A DNA stretch of 64,000 nucleotides from Dicyema japonicum (lineage: Eukaryota > Animalia > Dicyemida). This document shows, one piece after another, positions 13,740-25,700 of this stretch. The stretch spans positions 350,743 through 414,742 of the forward strand of contig RDEW01000044.1 in assembly GCA_011109175.1 (NCBI GenBank), given 5' to 3'. Both the position numbers and the translations under genes were made by a program. The notes below the pieces were generated by a model. It saw only the letters and a program-made list of their open reading frames with translations, did no database searches and was not told the origin of the DNA. Position 1 is the first letter of the stretch, and each line of letters begins with the position of its first letter.

Positions 13740-14283
13740 NNNNNNNNNNNNNNNNNNNNNNNNNNNNNNNNNNNNNNNNNNNNNNNNNNNNNNNNNNNNN
13801 NNNNNNNNNNNNNNNNNNNNNNNNNNNNNNNNNNNNNNNNNNNNNNNNNNNNNNNNNNNNNNNNNNNNNNNNNNNNNNNNNNNNNNNNNNNNNNNNNNNN
13901 NNNNNNNNNNNNNNNNNNNNNNNNNNNNNNNNNNNNNNNNNNNNNNNNNNNNNNNNNNNNNNNNNNNNNNNNNNNNNNNNNNNNNNNNNNNNNNNNNNNN
14001 NNNNNNNNNNNNNNNNNNNNNNNNNNNNNNNNNNNNNNNNNNNNNNNNNNNNNNNNNNNNNNNNNNNNNNNNNNNNNNNNNNNNNNNNNNNNNNNNNNNN
14101 NNNNNNNNNNNNNNNNNNNNNNNNNNNNNNNNNNNNNNNNNNNNNNNNNNNNNNNNNNNNNNNNNNNNNNNNNNNNNNNNNNNNNNNNNNNNNNNNNNNN
14201 NNNNNNNNNNNNNNNNNNNNNNNNNNNNNNNNNNNNNNNNNNNNNNNNNNNNNNNNNNNNNNNNNNNNNNNNNNNNNNNNNNN
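13740..14283. other. Assembly gap (other Ns at 3504-3537, 1384, 4820, 16276, 19132)
   Basis: Runs of N. Confidence 1.
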
Positions 14284-14515
14284 CCATTCGCGGTGGAAAC
14301 GTCAGGAATCCTTGGCCCCCAAGCAGATGAGTTGGTTCGTAAGATCGGCTCCATGATTCAAGCTGTGACCAAGGATCCGCGAGAGACTGGTTGGTTCCGA
14401 GAACGTATCTCGTTGGCTATTGTTAGGGGAAATAGCATGGCCATTCAGATGCCTTAATTTAATTTTTATTCATTTGATAATAAAATTTCTTTTTAAAAAA
14501 AAAAAAAAAAAAATT
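14284..14515 (+). mobile_element. CRE F1 3' end with poly(A), running out of an assembly gap
   Basis: GPQADELVRKIGSMIQAVTKDPRETGWFRERISLAIVRGNSMAIQMP*, then 3' UTR and an A-run; near-identical to the 31.8-kb copy. Confidence 0.9.
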
Positions 14516-15802
14516 AAGTTAATAACATTAACTGCACGAATTTAATAAAGTCATTTTGAAGGCCATATTTAATTTTTTAATATCCTAAAAGTTTTTTTTG
14601 TATGAAAAATTAATTTATTTATAAGCAAAAAAATGACAAAACATTAGTTAGCAGTTATATTTTTAAACTAATACTTCAATCATTTTTTGGTGATTTTTAT
14701 GACAAAACATTAGTTAGCAGTAATAAGGAAAAGACTGGTAGAACCAACAGTAAAGAATTTGAAACAAGAAAACCCCCCAAGTATTCAGATGCTCATGAGA
14801 CACGTGATAGTTCTTTGGTTAAAGAAATCACAAGTACAAGGTTCGATTGAGCTCTCCTTTCTGCGATTACAATGATCATCCAAGCAATCTAATTTCGATC
14901 TGTGTATATCTCATTTTGGTGGGTGGGTCGCATTCGTTGTAACAAAAACCGGATACCTTTTTTTATCAACGATCAAAGTAAATTTGTCAAAATAAATTAT
15001 TATCTTCTTTAAGTATCTTCCTATGACAACTATGGAGGGAAACGCTCTATCTGATTGATTTTCCTCTTCATAGAACGGATAGCCTAAGAATCAATTAGTC
15101 AGAAGGTGACTTATTTCTATCGCAGAAAATATCTTCATTTTGTTAGGATGTATCTGAGCTTTCATTACGGTTGATGAAAAACTGAATTCAGGAGACATTG
15201 GTTCCACATAGTTTGAGAACAAAAACCCGTTGGGTGCATTATGTCTGGGAATCTTGTATGGCACAAAAATTAAGGAACCTTAACAAGTATGCCTTGAAGG
15301 GGAACAAGGGAGTTATTGATTATTAATTCGCGAATGTTCTTGGCAATTTGCTTTCTATCATTTCTAGCGGATTTTCTCCAACTGTCGATTTTGATAGATT
15401 ACAAACTCATGATTTTCAGTTTCCTAAAAACCAAAATATGGAAGAGCTGTTTCGGCATCTTCTATTTATTTCTGTGGTGCCAATCACGTGGTGAGTCCAA
15501 TCAAGGGGACTGTTCGTTCATGTTTCACAAATCAAGATTTTTCCATTCTAGTGAAGTAGCCGAGTTCAAGACAGCAGCAATGATAGAAAGAGAATACAGG
15601 GGGTGTAAATGTTTACTATTGTTATTCAGACGAAGAGGAAGTTTATCTTCACTGTGATCTGTTAGAGTGAATTTTGTCTCACCAAACTTCTTTCGATGAG
15701 AGACCTAATTTTATTTAAAATATTAATTAAATAAAAATCATATTAAATTCGAATGTTTGCTATTTATTTGTACCTTTTAGTGGTGGCCTTCTGATGACAT
15801 TG

Positions 15803-15828
15803 AATCTGAAGGTCGTGGGTTCGAATCC
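15803..15828 (+). pseudogene. tRNA-like fragment (3' half resembling elongator tRNA-Met) or SINE head
   Basis: aatctgaaggtcgtgggttcgaatcc contains a B box; no complete cloverleaf. Confidence 0.4.
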
Positions 15829-16499
15829 GAAAGATGGAGTTGTCAGCGAAGGTCAATTCCTGTCAAACAGATACCACCCGTGAGGCGACGAATCCTTCTG
15901 ACACGACACAATAGTTGAAAGGGATCTTCCTGACCAAATCCTCTGGTGAAGATTACATTAGAACTTTTCCGCCGATGAATGAAGTGATGTCCGCGACAGT
16001 AGAACTTGCGATGAAAATGGAATAGGCTGAGCAATTTTTCCACCTCTCTTCGGAAGTGGAAGCCTGTAATGTACTATTGGAAGATTGATTTGGCCGGCAC
16101 AACAGATGTTCCCCCTTGGGTTCCTCTTTTGGATTAATTAGTTAGGACTGTTTGCACTGCGCTTACCAAAGATTGTATGCCTGGGATTAATAATATTCCT
16201 CCAAGTTCAGTAGAGTGAGATATATTCGGTACATCAGAAATAACGAGAATTGCTTCCTACAGAGAAATGATAATTNGGACATCTGCGAGTCAAGTGTAAC
16301 TCATAACGCTTTTTAAGAATTGAGGAAAGCAAAGGGCAGAAAAGAATGCTTCAAACAATGTAGTGGCATAGGAGTCGAACTCACAACTAATTGCGAGCGA
16401 AACACTAAGCTCAGATAACTGCGATCTTTGTTAGCTAATCACGAACGTATTCTATTAAAATTATTCAAAAACCAAGGGTAACCATACTAACCCTTTGAT

Positions 16500-16640
16500 C
16501 CTGAATCGTTCTATCATTCCAGTGTCCAGGTAACGACATTGTACCCCAGAAAAAGAATAGTTGGATCCTCTTGATGCCGGTCAGGCATTGGTATGGTGGA
16601 TCCGATGACCCATAGCACCACATGACTTCACGCGGCCACC
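16500..16640 (+). repeat. Unclassified dispersed repeat; copy at about 26985-27170
   Basis: tccaggtaacgac.ttgt.ccc...ctcttgatgccg...ggcattgg...gcaccacatgac shared. Confidence 0.6.
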
Positions 16641-17566
16641 GTGAAAATATATGAGGATCTTAATTAATATAATTAAGCACTACCGCGTTGCCATAAGCAA
16701 GCAAGATGCCTAGGGATTCGCTTGTGCAGAACACACACTTTATTTAAGTAAAGAACAGTTATTATAACATATCTTAGAGGGAAAACCAAGGAATGCTCTT
16801 CACTTCTTTGTTTATTCTTTTTCTTGTGTGTATGTCCTTTTGACTATCCAGTTCTGCAGTGAATCTCTACTGATGACGGCGTCACTTGCTCTTCACTTCT
16901 TTGTTTATTCTTTTTCTTGTGTGTATGTCCTTTTGACTATCCAGTTCTGCAGTGAATCTCTACTGATGACGGCGTCACTCTTCAAACCCTTTCCGCATCG
17001 TAGATGCGTAAAAATATAATTATCTATATGAATAAATTATAAAAATGAGAATTTGTTAAATTTAAAACATAATTTAATTTTATTGATATTTAAAATTAGG
17101 ACCCTGTTGAGAAAAACTGATTTAAAATATCTATTCAAATATATCATGTAAATAAATAAATAATATATCTAAAATAGTCCATAGTGGCCATTTCTCAATC
17201 CCTCTCCTGAAACTATTAGCAATCCAAGAAGCTGCCGAAACAGTAATTATCAGAACTTTTTGTACTCCCTTATGGATGCAGTTTTGATTGGACAACAGCG
17301 GAAGTTTGTGAAAGTAGATACCCTGACTAACAACTCTTTTATCGAAGCCATGACCAAATACCTTAAAAATCATCCAAGATACGACAATCGTGTCCTCATC
17401 GCATGTCCTTTCTGGAGAGCCATCAAGGATTTTTGTTTACGTCGGTCTGGAGTCACTTAGTTGGTTACTTTTTTTTCGTTTAACCCGGTAATAATAATAA
17501 AATACCCTAAGGCCTTCAAAAAAGAAGTCAATTGACTGATTAGAAATTTTTAAAACTTGAAAAATC

Positions 17567-17868
17567 CTTATCTCCTTAAACCTAGATGATTAATCACCCC
17601 AACATTGTCCGAAAGTGGCTTAAAGCGTTTTCAGGTAATTTTGATCGGCTCATCCTTTTGCATAACAGTTGTTCTAATTTACAGAATTACGGGTGACACT
17701 AATCTATACCACGATGGCTTATCTCCTTACTCCTAGATGATTAATCACCCCAATATTGTCCGGAAGTGGTTTAAAGCGTTTTCAGGTAATTTTGATCGGC
17801 TCATCCTTTTGCATAACAGTTGTTCTAATTTACAGAATTACGGGTGAGACTAATCTATCCCACAATGG
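17567..17868. repeat. 151-bp tandem duplication
   Basis: cttatctcctta starts at 17567 and 17718. Confidence 0.85.
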
Positions 17869-18677
17869 ACTACACTAAGGAAAACCAACATTAAATAATC
17901 GAAACCCATGTACGGACATGTGCCATGAGCCAACTATCCATAACTTTTCTATCACCTTTAAATTAGAGCTTTTAAAATCAAAGGGAGTCTATTTCTCATC
18001 CTTTTTTTCTGTTTAGCGTTGTTTTGAACAACTAAAGTCTGGATTCATAAAACATCCACATTTGCAAGGTTTTTCGCTAGTAAACTCTTATTTGCTGTTA
18101 GGAGGTGATGGTTGAGGTATCTTCTTGTACAAAATACGACCATCTCCTCAAGATGGATGTGACCCTTTGCTTCTATCCGTACGAATGAGCGAAATTGTGT
18201 AGTCAGGAGACATTAATACAAAGTTTCGGAACAAGGAAGACTTGTCTGGTCAAAATTTGAGATTTTGTATAAATCTCCATTGAAGGTTGTCAATCCAGTT
18301 GTTGATGACGATTTTTCGAGGATCACCAATCACACGTATATCAAAACATTTGGCTATACACCGTTTTGGGAAGTACTGCTCATTACTCTGGTGTGTTCAC
18401 AAAAATGGAAGTAGTATTATTAAAAGCTAATGGGCTAAAACTTTGGGGGAGTATCTACGAGGGATTAAAATTGCCAATAAACTAACTTAAAAAAATTATG
18501 AATATTTGGCCTCTATTTCACCACGAATGTCCACGAAGAGAGTTTGTATGTCCTTTGTGTAATTGTAAGTTTTTTTGAGTGACCGCGAAAGATCATAATA
18601 AAGATCTACAAGGAATACAGTAGACTTTTTAAGTATGGAAATTTATAAGAAATTTGTATAGACACAAAAAATATTAG

Positions 18678-18725
18678 ACGCCTCCGGCCGGACTCGAACC
18701 AGCAACCTTGCGGTTAACAGCCGCC
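18678..18725 (-). pseudogene. 5'-truncated tRNA-Asn(GTT)
   Basis: Minus strand gcgg-ctgttaa-ccgc anticodon arm, aaggtt variable loop, gctgg-ttcgagt-ccggc T arm, 3' acceptor strand; D arm and 5' strand absent. Confidence 0.75.
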
Positions 18726-21700
18726 TTTTTTGAAACCCAGACTCTGTAGATGAGACTTGACTTAGACGTTCCCATAGATAAACTGTATTAGAAATCATTG
18801 AATAAGGTTTCAAACTAGTTTTCTGAACGAAGAAAAGATTAAATCAGCATCGCCTCCCTTTTCTTCGGGTGCTTACATAGAGGACAGTGGATGTTGGGAC
18901 AACGAAAGCCTCTTTATCGGAATTGGTTTGCGCCACAGTTTCTACATCTGTAAACCTCAAAATAGTCGCTGTAAGGCGAGTAAAACTCGTTTATAGCCTC
19001 TCAGCTTATATTTATTGTTTATTCAGACTACCAGGATACTAAAGATTCAGAACAGAGAAGGTTAAGAAGTCTAGTCTTCAAAAATCGGTTCTGTTTCATA
19101 CCAATCGTATTTGAATCTTCTGGTAGGCGGTNCTTATTCGCCGCAAAAGACTTTGGAGAGTATGGTTGTATCATATAGGAACGAAGTCGACGTTTCGCGG
19201 CGTTATGATAAACTTAATGAAGGGATAAAGGATCTTTACTCTCGGTTTGATAATGAAGGAATTCAAGAGGTGAGCTAAGTGATGACAATATATATTGAGG
19301 AAAAAAAAGGACTGAGCCAATCGGGTTTACTCGTTACTCGAAGAGGAAACGAAGTGGATAGAGAACATTATAATTAGAATTAACCTTTTAAGATAAGTTA
19401 GTTAGTTAGTTAAAAGCTTTTTCGCATAACCCTAAAAGGATTTCGCTTTAGCCATGATTTACAACCATCCTCCTCGCCATCCTCGCCAACGCCATCTTGT
19501 TTCTTATTTTATTTTATTTATTAACCCCGGATACACCGAGAAAGAAGTTTTAAGAATAATCGTTTAAAAAAATATTTAGATGATATTTTTTATTAAATTG
19601 TTATATTTATTTAAGTCATTACACATTTTTTAATATTTTAATTTTTTATGGAGTCCATTCATCATTTGGACGAATCTCTTAAAGATCGAAGGTAGCCGTA
19701 AGAGTCTCCAAAATCACAGAACGATGGATTTCTGGAGAGTTCCAGCCACCAATTCCACTTAAAGTTTTGATACGAATGAACCATGGAACGCGCCGTCGTG
19801 ACTGCGAAGACCCAGTCACTCGACCAATACGTGCTTGTGTGGGGTCGAGAAAGGAACATCGGGCCAAGATGAGGCCCTTGCTAGAGCGTTCTAGATCACG
19901 TGATTAGTTAGTTTATGTAGCCGTGGTCTCTGGTGTTATTATTATTGTTATTACTCATTAATCAAATTCTGTTTGTGGATCGTCGATTTTGTCTATAAAT
20001 AAGAAAATAAGTAAATACGGATGGAAAACGTCTTTTTCAATCTCAATGGACTGAGACTTTAGCGATCATATAAAGCTCAGATCTGACGTACAATTTCCTC
20101 TGTCCATTTTGCAAACTCTACGTGTTGCCAACAAATCACCTATTTGAATGTAATGCATTGTTACAACGTTGGTCTAAAATACTAAGACTGATCGATCTAT
20201 GGGAGCGACCGGCATTTTTCGTCTTATTTAATAGCTGCTGGCCTTTTCCAAGATAGTGGTCGAGTTACTTAACTAACTAACCCCGACTATTTTGTATGAG
20301 GCTAGTCGTCCTTAGAACTGATATCAATAAAAAGTGTGAATATAGGACAACTAAGTAAAATTATAATGTCCATAAGTTCAATAATAATTCTTAGTAGTAG
20401 AAATGTCTGCGGAACTAAAAAAGTTAAAGCTCCACATTTGCCATGCATATCAGGATACGCGCTGTAGTTGTTTCCATCCTCTCCTGTTTATCTCAACCGC
20501 CCTCAGAGCCTCTCCCTCTTTCACTTCCTTCTTATCCGCATGAGTTCTTTGTCGACCTCAATACACTTTCAATAATGTAAATTCGATAATGTACATATTC
20601 AAATTCGAGTTAATAGATTTCCAATTGTCGAATGAATAAATGACTGAATTCAAAAACTTTTGGATGACTTAATGCTATTTAAGTCAGAAACATAAAATAG
20701 CCTATTTCTTAAATTTATTCATTTGACCTACTTGGTAGAGGACTCTCATCCTGTACTGTGTACATTTTTACTTGGTTCAATCAAAGTGTCGCCATGTGAA
20801 CCACCTGTCTCAAAAAATACCAACCCTCTTGGCATAAAAAGGATTATTTCATCTCACTTAACTGGATCTTCAGGATTTTCTCCGATTGTAGTTCTGGGAT
20901 TATGAAAGGTTGGGAAAATATTATTCCGAACAAAGGGAATGTTCATGATACTTTGCCTCTTAGGGCAATCTCGTTGCCGTTCAGTAGGTATTCCATGATT
21001 GAGAAAAGTTTAGTTATCTCCGTAGTAAGATGAGGGTGTTTTTTCAACGATCTCATTAATATATTTGAGACATCGGTTATATAACACTTTTTATTTATTT
21101 TTTAGGTTTTGTAACACTTTTTAGCAATTTGCAGCCAAAACTAACATTTTAATTTAATTCCAAATTACAGAAAAATATAAAAAAGTAAAATTAACATTTT
21201 TTAATTAATATAATAATTAATAACAAAAATATATTTATTATATGGTAAACCAAGTTTCAAATATAGCGCGTCAACACTACTTTTATCTCTTGTGGTGGTT
21301 GACCGATCTTAATTTTTATTATGTATTATCGTTTAATATTCCAGTTAATTTAATCCAAGATATTTTGAATATACGTTTTCTATCTAATTTTTGGGGTCGG
21401 TTAATAGTGCTGGAAGGCTGTCATCGTAATGTTTTCGATAAACATTTTGTAATTCAATTTTTTTATTTTCTACACGATTCTGGCAAACCAATATATTCAA
21501 GAGATGTCAAGTTGTCATTAAATATTTTTATATGTGAATTTATTGGACACTTATATTTGATACGTCATTTAATTTTTATTGTAACATATTAATAGAGATT
21601 CAGCTTCACATGATGTTCAACTCTCTTGAGCCCACACAAGTACCTATCTGCCATATATCTGGGTCCTCGTAGCCAAACCGACACATTCCTCGTTTCTTAC

Positions 21701-22677
21701 TTGTTATTAATACAGAGGTATTTGGATACTGGGATTTTCCAGAGATAAATTGCTCCGTAATTTTAGAAGTCCTTTTTTTACATCAACATTGGGTTCCTGC
21801 ATGCATCTGAAGATACAGAATGTAATTTTTTACAATTAATTTTATAGAGCAAATATTGCCTCGATGGCCTTGAGGGACTCAATATCTATGTCCTTGTCGG
21901 CAATTCCATATTTATAATTAAGAAATCCTACGATTTTAGCCAAATGGCATTTCCTTTTTAATACTCGAAGAATCCCCGACCTATGCAAACATAAAGCCGA
22001 CTTCCTTTCCATAATTTTTTATGGAACTGGCAGAACATCAGTTCACTTTTGAAAATAACTTTCTCCCGAAAGTCTTACTGTTTAATATAACCTCCCTTTG
22101 TTACGTAGTCATTTATTGTATAAATTAGTTCGCTGAATTTAACTTTGTTTCTTGAGGTCCCCTACATTGCAAGAATTCAAGTAGAAAGAAAAAATTCATT
22201 TCAGACATTGTTTGATGTAAAACCCTTTGGAATTGTGAGGACTTCAAGTACACTGTCCTTTCGACTTTAATTAGACAGCATCGATTTTGATTTTACAAAT
22301 TTAAGAAGTTTCTCATATCCATTAGAGACATTATTTGATGTGATTAATTACTAACACTTAATTTATAGATTTAATTGTAGTTCTTTGTGCTATTCACTCA
22401 TAAACTTACATCACACTACTTCTAAGCAAGATACGCAATCACTTAATCCATAGTAACAAAAACGTCATGCAGAAGTTCAGGAAAGTTAAGTCAGATGAGT
22501 TATATTCGACAAGGACCCTTCCTGGTGGAAGACAATCTCGTCAAAACCAGTATACCTTAAGTGATACTTTTACGTAGCGCTAATGTTTATATTCATTGTT
22601 TACCATTATTATGAGAGAACGCCAGATAAGCAGAGTACTTTAACTGATTACTGATTTACTGGAGTTTTAATAATACA

Positions 22678-23512
22678 ATGGACGACTTTAACCAGGCAAA
22701 TATCCCTTTGAGGTATATCAGATAACAATATTTGCTTATTTTTGCGATTATGTGGTAGATTACGCTTTCTTGTGGGAAAACCCAAATTTATGTGATTAGT
22801 CAAGGTTACAACCGCGTTTGATGGCACGTGTTATTTGTGACAGTTTAAGGTCAGACATATTTCCAGCACATTCTATCCCCTAAATTTTTGATTTTTTCTC
22901 ATTTTGTATTTATTGTTGCAGTGAAGCTTCATATTGCGATAATTATCCAAACCTGAGTTCAGATCAAGAAGTGCACCACGATTATAGTCCGTTAGACCAA
23001 ATATCTCAACTTCCTCCCAAGAAAGAGACGACTGCACGTTTGGCTTTGCAATATCTTTAGAAGGTCGTAAAAGAGTCCGAACCTCATTTTCTAAGGAAAC
23101 GAAGGACATCTTTCATGCGTACTACAAAATCAACAGATTCCCCGACATTTACACTCGAAGTGAAATTGGTCAGAAAACGGGGATTAATGTGCTCCACATC
23201 AAAGTATAGTTTCATTTTGTTATTCCCCAGACATGGTTCAAAAATAAAAGATCCAGCGAAAAGAAGGAACGGGTTAGATCAGAGCCAATTCTGAGTCAAA
23301 AAGAACTCCCGAGCTATCTCTCTGACAATAATTCCGCGGATAATTCCTACAGCATGAAACATCAAGCAGAACTGCTCTATTTGCAACCAAATGGGGGTAA
23401 TTGTGTTTTTCAAACAATCCGTTCCCTCAGTATCACCCACCTATTGACAGAAGAGACTATCCTTCTTATGTCAAAGTCACAGTTATTCAAGGCCGCTAAT
23501 GACGAAATGTGA
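22678..23512 (+). CDS. Divergent K50 PRD-class homeobox gene (Otx/Pitx/Gsc-type); exons 22678-22712 (tentative), 22922-23037, 23061-23203, 23231-23512
   Basis: Spliced 60-aa homeodomain RKRVRTSFSKETKDIFHAYYKINRFPDIYTRSEIGQKTGINVLHIK|TWFKNKRSSEKKER with R5, F8, P26, R31, W48, F49, K50, N51, R53. The 27-nt intron (23204-23230) lies between codons 46 and 47, the diagnostic PRD-class position. A 23-nt phase-1 intron (23038-23060) lies just before the box. First exon and C-terminus are less certain. Confidence 0.85.
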
Positions 23513-23690
23513 AGGACTTTCAGCTGAGAATTACACCAAACGCCAAATCGAAAATCCATATTTTCATATATTACCTAGTTCTCATTTCTATAATCACGGG
23601 GGAAGGGAGAGACCCTGTAAATGTGGATTCTGCCATTATTATTGATTTACCTGATTTTCTAATAAAATTAGCCATCTCAAATTATTATTT

Positions 23691-23900
23691 TTTTTATTTA
23701 TTAACAATAAAATATTATTTATTAACTATGGGGAAGAGCGGCTGCTGACATCACGGAGTAAGCGTTTCCGCGAACAACTGAGATACCAATTCTTTGCATC
23801 AGCCGGACCGCTTCCCGCACGTCTTTCTTGCGGTGGGCCAATTTTCCCCCGATTTCCTTTAGGAAAGAGGCTGTAATACTTCCAGCCGCATCAGACGTCT
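23691..23900 (-). mobile_element. CRE-like 3' fragment (lineage F3); further copies at about 48976-49110 (-) and 53124-53266 (-)
   Basis: FETS...SFLKEIGGKL...REAVRLMQRIGISVVRGNAYSVMSAAALPHS*, then an A-rich tail; flanked by tctc(a/g)aattattattt. Confidence 0.85.
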
Positions 23901-24769
23901 CGAATTATTATTTCATTGAGAAAAATTTAATAATTTATTAGTCCAATGATTGCCACGTGGGAATTCTGTGGGAAATCTCAGCGAAATGTTGAAACGTGGG
24001 TCCCCCATTTAAAATTTAAAAACTACTAGACACTTCTAAATTTATTATTTAAGAAGTTTAGTGTGTCATTAAATATTGATATTTTATAGGCGATTATGCC
24101 GAATGTAAAACAATAATAATGGGAGAATCCACATTTACAGGGTCTCTCCCTTCCCTGTGATTATAGAAATGATGATTTTGTGAATTATATGAAAATATGG
24201 TTATTAATGTACCGTTCAATATTGAATCCAACAAGTTTGTAAGATTCCGAATATATACTTAGCCATAAGTCATTTGTCTGTATTTGAAAAGTAATCTGGT
24301 CTTTAAGGAGGTCTTTCTGATTCACAATAACGGTGATATATTGTGAATCTAATCACCCTACTTTTCTAAAATCCCCATTTTTATCGGCTGGTGCAAAACT
24401 CCATGACGATCCGAATTAAAAGACGAGACATGGACACCGAGGTCACCTAATTATACAATATTTCTTGTGTTCCTTTAGTTAAAAACATCCTCCTTTTTTT
24501 CAACCAAATTTTCACCTCTCTTCTCCCACTTTGAGCAAAATGTCTTCACACTAATTTCGACCAGAAAATCCTAATCTTACTAATATTTTGCTTTATATTT
24601 TGCCTTAAGAATTTTAATTACTTGCATTTTGCTCAACCCATTCGAGGTGGAAAAATAGATTTTCTAACTGCTCTTCCAGCAGAACTAAATTTTCTTAAAA
24701 AGAAAATAAATTTTCAATCAGATTCTGGTTGTTAGAAACGTTAGTGGTGTGCATCAATTGGTTAGCCCA

Positions 24770-25060
24770 AATATCTAAGAACGGGAGATAAAGCCAATTT
24801 TCGAAAGAACAGGGTTCATATTAGAAATGAGGCTTTATCCCGGGAAGAACTATTGCTTCGTTACATATATTTTTGCTAATCCTTTAGTTACCAAGACTAC
24901 CCTCCGCAGTTTCCGCTATTTTGTTAAATAACGGATTAATTATAAGAAATCAACGAATAACCTGTGGATGGGCTAGGAATCAAGTATTAAATAAATTTTA
25001 TTATTTAGGAAATTCCAGTCTAAGTTATTATGGGGGGCATTATTTCCCACCCGTTTTTTC
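24770..25060 (+). pseudogene. Duplicated TIA1-like RRM3 module
   Basis: NI*EREIKPIFERTGFILEMRLYPGKNYCFVT ... NNGLIIRNQRITCGW; part of the 24770-26290 / 45130-46630 duplication. Confidence 0.7.
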
Positions 25061-25439
25061 AATTATTAATCATTTCTTTATTCGTCGAGACAAGACTCTT
25101 CGGTCAAGGAAAGAAAATAACCGTTCGAAAGAATTTCTCAACACTCAATTCATTCTGTTTTTTTTATTTTTTTGTTTTGAATAATAAAAATTTCTCATTA
25201 TATATTGAATTGATTATTATATAGTCAAAATAACATAGATTCAGATATATTTTTAAGCTCGCAAAGATGACAAGCACAGTCTAAGCCCGATTCTATTACT
25301 CTATTTTTGTTTTGATTGATAAATAAACTATTTCTCATTTATTTGTATGTTGTCTTGAATTACAGTCTCACACATACTCAGAGGTGGATAAAATCGTAGG
25401 TTTATTCATAATTTTGGTGAAATCTTCTACCTGCGACAG

Positions 25440-25700
25440 TACAGTACATGACAGTAATGAATAAGGGGAAATTTACTCTCAAATATCTCCGAAAAGAATT
25501 AAGAATATTTTTGGCAGAACAGGTTTTATTTACAGCATTAGGCATTTCCATGATAATGGTATTGCTTCGTAACTTGATTTTATTTTACAGAATAACAAAA
25601 AATATTTATAAGAATTTGCGAATAACTTGTGAATGGGTAAGGAATCATGTATTAAACTATAGCCTGAGTTTTATGGTGGGTATTATTTCCCAGCCATCCT
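25440..25700 (+). pseudogene. Second, more decayed RRM3 module (paralog at about 45800-46050)
   Basis: aatatctccgaaaag ... ggcagaacaggttttatttacagcattagg ... ataacttgtgaatgggtaaggaatc aligns with the 24.8-kb module. Confidence 0.55.

Noticed and set aside
13680-14354. Long 224-aa and 189-aa ORFs in the track
   Set aside because: Almost entirely Ns; the short real part is antisense to a CRE 3' end.
16680-16720. SINE tail derived from a CRE C-terminus (GNAVVL versus RGNA)
   Set aside because: Similarity too short to support.
17260-17460. 66-aa ORF (KNHPRYDNRVLIACPFW)
   Set aside because: No family recognised and no supported gene structure.
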